Source: a bacterium
GTDB taxonomy: Bacteria; Patescibacteriota; Minisyncoccia; Phycocordibacterales; UBA5272
Assembly (NCBI GenBank): GCA_023267595.1
Contig: JAHFNB010000002.1
Coordinates: 23,947-87,946 of the forward strand
Length of the DNA: 64,000 bases
Direction: 5' to 3'
Shown: in pieces, positions 58,144 through 64,000 of the stretch
How the letters are laid out: each line of letters starts with the position of its first letter
Numbering within the stretch: position 1 is the first letter of the stretch
Program-made: the position numbers and the translations under genes
Notes under the pieces: model-generated
Told to the model about the DNA's origin: nothing
What the model saw: the letters and a program-made list of their open reading frames with translations, nothing else
Databases searched by the model: none

Positions 58144-59628
58144 TTAGCGTGTTAGTAATTTCTCTAGAGTACTTCCGTGTTCTTTAATATAATTTCTGAT
58201 ATGACGTTTTGCAAGTGTTGTGCGAGCCATGTCTATCCATTTTCGTTTTGGTGTTGAACTTTCTTTAACTTCTATTTCTATAACATCTCGATTTTGTAAT
58301 ATGGTATCTAAGGGGACAAGTTTTCCATTTACTTTTGCACCTGCGGTATGATCTCCGATATCTGAGTGAACTGTGTATGCAAAATCAATAGGGGTTGAGC
58401 CTTCTGGTAAATCAATGACATCTCCTTTTGGTGTAAGAACAAATACACGATTTTCAAAAAAGTCACTTTTCAAGTTTTTCATAAACTCTTTATGGTGTTC
58501 TACATCTTGTTGCCATTCGAGTAGTTCTTTTGTCCAACCAGTTTTTCTTTGTATCTCTTCTTTGTTTGCATGTTTACCGAGTTCTTTGTAGGAGAGATGA
58601 GATGCGATACCGTATTCTGCTTCGCGATGCATTTCTGGTGTACGTATTTGTATTTCAAGAGTACTACCATCACCAGAAAATATTGTTGTGTGTAATGATC
58701 GATATCCGTTTGGCTTTGGTACAGCAATGTAGTCTTTGAATCTTCCTGGTACTGGACGATATAGTCCATGGATAACACCAAGTGCTTGATAGCAATCAGA
58801 GATAGTTGGTACGATAATACGAAGTGCAACCACATCATGCACTTTTGTTGTATCCATTTTGTAGCGCTTTAATTTTTGCCATAAAGAATACAGATGTTTA
58901 ACACGATGGTCGATGCGTTCAATTTCTACATCAAAAATAACAAGTTCATCTTTTAATTTTACAACAACTTTCTCTAATTGTTCATCAGAAATTGGTCGCA
59001 TACTTTCAAAAAGTTCCAAAGTTTTTTTGTAATCTTCCGGATACACATATGGAAATGCCGCATCTTCTAATTGTGCTTTTAATCGTCCCATACCTAATCG
59101 GTCTGCAAGACGTGCATGGATTTCAAGTGTTTCAAGTGCGATACGCTTTTGTTTTTCCGGAGAGACATATTGCAATGTTTCTATATTGTGTAATCTGTCA
59201 CAGAGTTTAATAACCACAACACGTATATCATCTGCCATTGCAACGAAAAACTTACGCAATGATTCGACGTGACGTTCTGCACCTGAATATCGTAATTTTC
59301 CTAACTTTGTCACACCTTCTACAAGTTTTGTAATATGGTCACCAAATTCTTTTGTCATCTCTTCATTAGTCACAGGAGTGTCTTCAAGTACATCGTGCAT
59401 AATGCCGGCTGCTATCGTATCAACATCCATTTTTAAAATAGCAAGATTAATTCCTGTTGCAAAGACATGATTGTAGTATGGTTCACCAGATTTACGTAGT
59501 TGTCCTTCGTGTGCTCTCTTTGCAAATTCACAGGCTCTTTGTATAAGTGTTTTATCTTTTTCTTTAATATCAGGAAGTAACGCAAAAATGCGTTCTGGGT
59601 TGGTATCCATAAAGAGAGGGGTGTCCAT
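58144..59628 (-). CDS. rel: Bifunctional (p)ppGpp synthetase/hydrolase Rel/SpoT (short form ending after TGS domain)
   Basis: HD hydrolase domain (HDVLEDT), RelA/SpoT synthetase domain (RSLHTTIF...GIASHLSYKE), TGS-like C-terminus. The C-terminal ACT domain is absent. Confidence 0.9.
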   Translation of the reverse strand: MDTPLFMDTNPERIFALLPDIKEKDKTLIQRACEFAKRAHEGQLRKSGEPYYNHVFATGINLAILKMDVDTIAAGIMHDVLEDTPVTNEEMTKEFGDHITKLVEGVTKLGKLRYSGAERHVESLRKFFVAMADDIRVVVIKLCDRLHNIETLQYVSPEKQKRIALETLEIHARLADRLGMGRLKAQLEDAAFPYVYPEDYKKTLELFESMRPISDEQLEKVVVKLKDELVIFDVEIERIDHRVKHLYSLWQKLKRYKMDTTKVHDVVALRIIVPTISDCYQALGVIHGLYRPVPGRFKDYIAVPKPNGYRSLHTTIFSGDGSTLEIQIRTPEMHREAEYGIASHLSYKELGKHANKEEIQRKTGWTKELLEWQQDVEHHKEFMKNLKSDFFENRVFVLTPKGDVIDLPEGSTPIDFAYTVHSDIGDHTAGAKVNGKLVPLDTILQNRDVIEIEVKESSTPKRKWIDMARTTLAKRHIRNYIKEHGSTLEKLLTR

Positions 59629-59703
59629 ATAGTTACAATATCAAAAAATTAAGAATATGTGAAGAAAGATTTTACTAAGGCGCCCATGGGCGCCTTTAGT
59701 TTT

Positions 59704-61914
59704 TTATTTTTTAATTTCTAATTTATGAGGATTATGATTCGGACAGGTTTTATCACTACAACGTTCTGGAATGGTTTTTGTACCAATCATCATAAGTTCG
59801 CCGCATAACGTACCGTCATCTTTTTTATAGGTACAACGATTTCCTGTAGGTCTCGTTTTGATAATATGTTTACAGTCTGGGTAATTTGAACATGAATAAA
59901 ATACTCCGAATCGCCCTTTTCGTTCTTCCATATACCCATCTTTACATTTATTACATGCTACTCCCGTTGAGTTTGCTTTACGCATTTCTTCATCTTGTTC
60001 TATGTATTTACATTTTGGATAATTTGAACAGGCAATAAACTTTCCATAACGACCATCACGTTCCATAAGTTCACCTGTACCACACTTCGGACATTCTTTA
60101 CCAAGTTTTTTAGGGCCTTCCATTACCGTTCCATCTATTTTGCGTGCACCCATGCATTCTGGATATCGTGAACATGAATAAAACTTTCCATTACGCGCAA
60201 GTTTTATCACCATAGTTGCATTACACAGTGGACACATCATTCCATCAGGTGCATCTCCCATACTTGTTGCTTTTTCAAGTTTTTCTTTTGATTTAACATC
60301 TTTTAAAAATGGTCCATAAAAATCTTTCAAGATTTTTAAATATGTCGTTTTTCCTTCGGCGATAGTATCTAACTTATTTTCCATATCTGCAGTAAATGTA
60401 TCACTAATATATGAGGGAAAATGTTCTTCTAGAAAAGAGATAACTACTTCACCTGTGTCTGTTGGATAGAGTGCTTTACTTATTTTTTCTACATAACCAC
60501 GTGCTTCGATGGTAGATAAAATAGAGGCATATGTTGAAGGGCGACCAATGTCACGTTTCTCCAATTCTTTAATAAGACCTGCTTCTGAATAACGATTTGG
60601 TGGAAGGGTGGCTTTTTCTATTGCTTGAAGTGTCTTTAGATTTAATGTATCACCTTTTTTAAGTTCAGGTAAAATGACATCGTCACCTTTTGCGTCTTGG
60701 TCAACAAGTAACCATCCTGCAAATATAACCACAGATCCTGTGACAGAAAAATTAGGAATACTTTTTGATGTAATATTTGCAACTACTTTACTACGTTTTA
60801 ACTTTGCGTCTTTCATTTGAGATGATACAGTGCGCTCCCATATCAATGAATAGAGTCGCTTTTCGTCGTCTGTTGTACCACCAGATCGTGATTGGGCATG
60901 TGTTGGGCGAATGGCCTCATGGGCTTCCTGAGCATTTTTTGATTTTGTTTTGTAGTGTCTAATTTCTACCAATTCTTTTCCAAAAATTTTTTCAATTACT
61001 GTTGCTATTTCAGATAATGCAGTTTGTGACAATGTTGTACTATCGGTACGCATATAGGTAATAAGACCTTTTTCATATAACTTTTGTGCAATACTCATCG
61101 TACGTGATGGGGAATATCCGAGCCGTGAGGATGCAGTTTGTTGTAGTGTAGATGTCGTAAACGGTGCACGTGGTGAACGTGATACTTCAGTACTTTCTAC
61201 CGAAACAACTTCCCAAGAATTATTTTTCCCTTCTTTGACAATTCTTTCGGCCTCTTTCTTTTCACGAGGTTCTATTTCACAATCAAGTTGCAATATATAT
61301 GTCTTACTTTCCTTCATTTTTCCAATTGTTGTGAACTCTCCTGCAATAACGTAATAGGTTTCAGGAATGAATGCACGTATTTCACGTTCACGTTCCATAA
61401 TGATGCGGAGTGCAGGGGATTGTACACGACCAGCAGAAAGACCATAACGGACCTTTTTCCAGATGATTCCTGAGAGATCGTACCCGACTAATCTATCGAG
61501 TACACGACGTGCTTCTTGTGCTTCTTTCAAATTAATATCTATATCACGTGGATGCTTCAGTGCTTCTTTGATAGCCTCTGGTGTAATTTCATGGAATGCA
61601 ACACGTTTTGCATTTTTTAAATTGCAGGCTTCTTGTATATGCCATGCTATTGCTTCTCCTTCACGGTCTGGGTCAGTTGCAAGGTAGACTTCACTTGATT
61701 TTTTTGCAAGAGATTTAATATCAGCAATCACCTTTTCTTTTCCTGCACTTACCTCATAGTGTGGAATAAAACCACCCTCGATATCAAGAGCCTTTTTATT
61801 ACTCTTTGGTAAATCACGAATATGACCAATAGACGCACGAACTGTATATTCGCCGTCGAGATATTTCGATATAGTTTTTGCCTTTGATGGACTCTCTACA
61901 ATTAATAGTTTCAT
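59704..61914 (-). CDS. topA: DNA topoisomerase I
   Basis: TOPRIM N-terminus (MKLLIVESPSKAKTI), catalytic Tyr region, and several C-terminal C4 zinc ribbons (CPLCN..., CPKCGTG..., CNKCKDG...). Confidence 0.95.
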   Translation of the reverse strand: MKLLIVESPSKAKTISKYLDGEYTVRASIGHIRDLPKSNKKALDIEGGFIPHYEVSAGKEKVIADIKSLAKKSSEVYLATDPDREGEAIAWHIQEACNLKNAKRVAFHEITPEAIKEALKHPRDIDINLKEAQEARRVLDRLVGYDLSGIIWKKVRYGLSAGRVQSPALRIIMEREREIRAFIPETYYVIAGEFTTIGKMKESKTYILQLDCEIEPREKKEAERIVKEGKNNSWEVVSVESTEVSRSPRAPFTTSTLQQTASSRLGYSPSRTMSIAQKLYEKGLITYMRTDSTTLSQTALSEIATVIEKIFGKELVEIRHYKTKSKNAQEAHEAIRPTHAQSRSGGTTDDEKRLYSLIWERTVSSQMKDAKLKRSKVVANITSKSIPNFSVTGSVVIFAGWLLVDQDAKGDDVILPELKKGDTLNLKTLQAIEKATLPPNRYSEAGLIKELEKRDIGRPSTYASILSTIEARGYVEKISKALYPTDTGEVVISFLEEHFPSYISDTFTADMENKLDTIAEGKTTYLKILKDFYGPFLKDVKSKEKLEKATSMGDAPDGMMCPLCNATMVIKLARNGKFYSCSRYPECMGARKIDGTVMEGPKKLGKECPKCGTGELMERDGRYGKFIACSNYPKCKYIEQDEEMRKANSTGVACNKCKDGYMEERKGRFGVFYSCSNYPDCKHIIKTRPTGNRCTYKKDDGTLCGELMMIGTKTIPERCSDKTCPNHNPHKLEIKK

Positions 61915-61933
61915 AGTGACAATAGAGTGTACT

Positions 61934-62896
61934 TTACACTATCCTTCGCACTTCGCCAAATATTTCTTCTATATGACCTTTTATTTCAAGTGAAGAAAGT
62001 GTCATTAAAAATTTTTCAGGAGTGAGTTTACTTTCAAGTAAAAGTAAATCTTTTTCTTTTGATTCTGTGAGTAGTTGCATAATGGTTTCCTCTTCAGGGG
62101 AGTAGGTGTATTTTTTCTGTGAAGTTTCTTTTTTAGAAAGATGAAGAAGTGAAAAAAGATCATCACTATGTGCAATTATATATGCGCCGTCACGAATAAG
62201 AGTATGTGTTCCTCGTGACGTAGGGGAAAATATTTCACCAGGAATAGCACCAATGTCACGTCCTAATTCTAATGCAAGACGTGCAGTGATGAGTGTGCCT
62301 GACTGTTCTTCTGCTTCGACAATTAATACCGCATCAGATAGTGCAGCAACGATACGATTACGTGCAGGAAATGTCCAGTTGGCGGCTTGTGTAAGGGGTG
62401 GTAATTCTGATATGAGCATCCCACCAGATTCTACAATTTCTTCTGCAAGATGGAGGTGTGATGATGGATATATAACACGTGTATCTAACCCATTTCCAAG
62501 TACGGCATATGTTTTTATATTGTGTTGTAATGAAGATACATGCGCAATACTATCAATACCATGTGCAAGACCCGAGATCACAATGACCTCCTCAGGAGGA
62601 AGTGATGCAAGTAAGTGTTCTATTGCTTGCTTACCATACTGTGAATGTTTACGTGAACCAACAACAGAAAGTATTCGAGGTGTCGCACGTCCGTACTCAT
62701 CAAGAGTTATATCAGGTAAATTTCCAGTAATATAGAGTTGTTCAGGAACTTCATGTAATTGTAATAAACGAGCAAGTAGTGGATGTTCAGAAAACTTTTC
62801 TCTCGGGATGATAGTTATCGGGAAAGACATATATTTATAGTCTATAGTGTATGACCTGTAGATGATAGTGAATACAAATAAAAAAACGAAGGCCAC
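61934..62896 (-). CDS. dprA: DNA-processing protein DprA (Smf)
   Basis: Rossmann-like DprA core with GLAHGIDSIAH and GAIPGEIFSPTSRGTHTLIRDGA motifs. Confidence 0.85.
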   Translation of the reverse strand: MAFVFLFVFTIIYRSYTIDYKYMSFPITIIPREKFSEHPLLARLLQLHEVPEQLYITGNLPDITLDEYGRATPRILSVVGSRKHSQYGKQAIEHLLASLPPEEVIVISGLAHGIDSIAHVSSLQHNIKTYAVLGNGLDTRVIYPSSHLHLAEEIVESGGMLISELPPLTQAANWTFPARNRIVAALSDAVLIVEAEEQSGTLITARLALELGRDIGAIPGEIFSPTSRGTHTLIRDGAYIIAHSDDLFSLLHLSKKETSQKKYTYSPEEETIMQLLTESKEKDLLLLESKLTPEKFLMTLSSLEIKGHIEEIFGEVRRIV

Positions 62897-62991
62897 TCGT
62901 CTTTGCGCATAGAGGATTATGTGTCCCCGCGCTAAGCGAGAACACTATCATATGCGCAAAGACGGATGTCTTCGCTTGTTTTTTTGATGTC

Positions 62992-63222
62992 TCAGTCTTT
63001 TTTTCGCATCATGTAAACTGCAATCACAATGACTAAGATGAGACCAAGTGTCCCATGCCAAAGGGCTTGGTTTTCGCTATATGCTTGGCCAAATCTCCGC
63101 ATAGTATTGGTCACGGATATTCCCATCATTTCAAGTGCTTGTGCAGCAATGAAAAGGATGAGAACGATTAGGAAAAACTTCGTAACTCCCTCATACGGAC
63201 TACCACCTGATGGTGCAGACAT
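62992..63222 (-). CDS. Small membrane protein (hypothetical)
   Basis: 76 aa with two hydrophobic segments; weak call. Confidence 0.3.
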   Translation of the reverse strand: MSAPSGGSPYEGVTKFFLIVLILFIAAQALEMMGISVTNTMRRFGQAYSENQALWHGTLGLILVIVIAVYMMRKKD

Positions 63223-63237
63223 TACTACTCCTTTTTC

Positions 63238-63546
63238 TTAGAGTGAATTGATGGCGCGAAGGGTCTCTCTTTGAGTTCCTTCGCAATCTTGATACGGTTC
63301 CGAGAGTTGTACTTTGGGTGCACCAACAAAACTTTGAATCGAGATGGTGGTCCCTCCGCCACGATTTTTGACACACTCTTTGTATGTCTCGATCGCCTCC
63401 CGTATATTATCTGCTTTTCTTCGTTGTGTATTGTCGTTTGTGCCATTTGTTGTCATGGGTTTATAGACGGCAATACCAGCAATGATTACATTAACCACTG
63501 CAACAACGCCAAGCAGAAGAACAATAGCCGGTGTTTTTGTCGCCAT
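63238..63546 (-). CDS. Hypothetical secreted/membrane protein
   Basis: 102 aa with an N-terminal hydrophobic segment; an overlapping alternative frame makes the call weak. Confidence 0.25.
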   Translation of the reverse strand: MATKTPAIVLLLGVVAVVNVIIAGIAVYKPMTTNGTNDNTQRRKADNIREAIETYKECVKNRGGGTTISIQSFVGAPKVQLSEPYQDCEGTQRETLRAINSL

Positions 63547-64000
63547 TTTTTTCTTTCTGCAGTGTGTGCACTGCGGTTGAGACTTACGAAACTATTTTTG
63601 GGTTTGGACGACCGTTTTTGCTTTTGAATAAGTCCCGAAGGTAAATCCAATTGAGATTATTAGGCAGAAAACTAGAGTGAGGAGAGTAAAATTTTTCAAT
63701 CTCATGTAAGGAATTTCCTCCTCCTCTTTTTGAATATGTACTGAAGGAAGTTTCATGGTCTCCTTAAGCACATTATCCAAAAGTTTAGGATCTTTCTCCC
63801 TTGTTGTTTCATCGAGGACTTGTGCTAGAAGTCCTTTAATCGGTGAACTTTGCAATCCACCCTTCCTATGCTCCATGGTAAGTCTCCTGTCTTTAAAGTT
63901 TCGTCCTCTTTAATTCAGAGAACGTCTATCTCCTATACTACAGTATTTATCTTATATGTCAAGGATTTTTTGAACTATGAAACATGTTGTGATGTTTATT

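Overview
The window is an AT-rich bacterial chromosome segment (roughly 35-40% GC by eye, not computed). Genes are small and tightly packed, and long ORFs such as rpoB, rpoC and secA are intact under the standard code, so code 11 applies. Housekeeping genes are secA, murF, ligA, gatCAB (split, with gatB apart), rpoB-rpoC, dnaG-rpoD, obg, miaA, topA, rel, parB, mscL and a DEAD-box helicase. A large type IV pilus / competence locus runs comFC, pilM-N-O, pilB, pilT, pilC, pilin, pilD and four minor pilins, with dprA elsewhere. This content, with a short RpoB, a K-rich RpoD N-terminus and the T4P/ComFC/DprA set, is consistent with a small-genome Patescibacteria/CPR-like organism; that assignment is inference only. 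Seven tRNAs were recognised by hand-folding. The most unusual finding is a family of three homologous GC-rich structured elements of about 85 nt each. Each is preceded by a small hairpin and ends in a duplicate of the 3' end of an upstream tRNA (Glu, Asp, Leu). One copy bounds a roughly 2-kb tRNA-Glu-associated islet carrying a GmrSD-type (DUF262/DUF1524) restriction gene, with no integrase in the window. Other notable items are a membrane protein combining thrombospondin-type-3 Ca-binding repeats with a C-terminal HEPN/DUF4145-like domain, an orphan gene inserted between pilB and pilT, a class II tRNA with an apparent ACT anticodon, and an exact 616-bp tandem duplication inside a large MBG-repeat surface protein.
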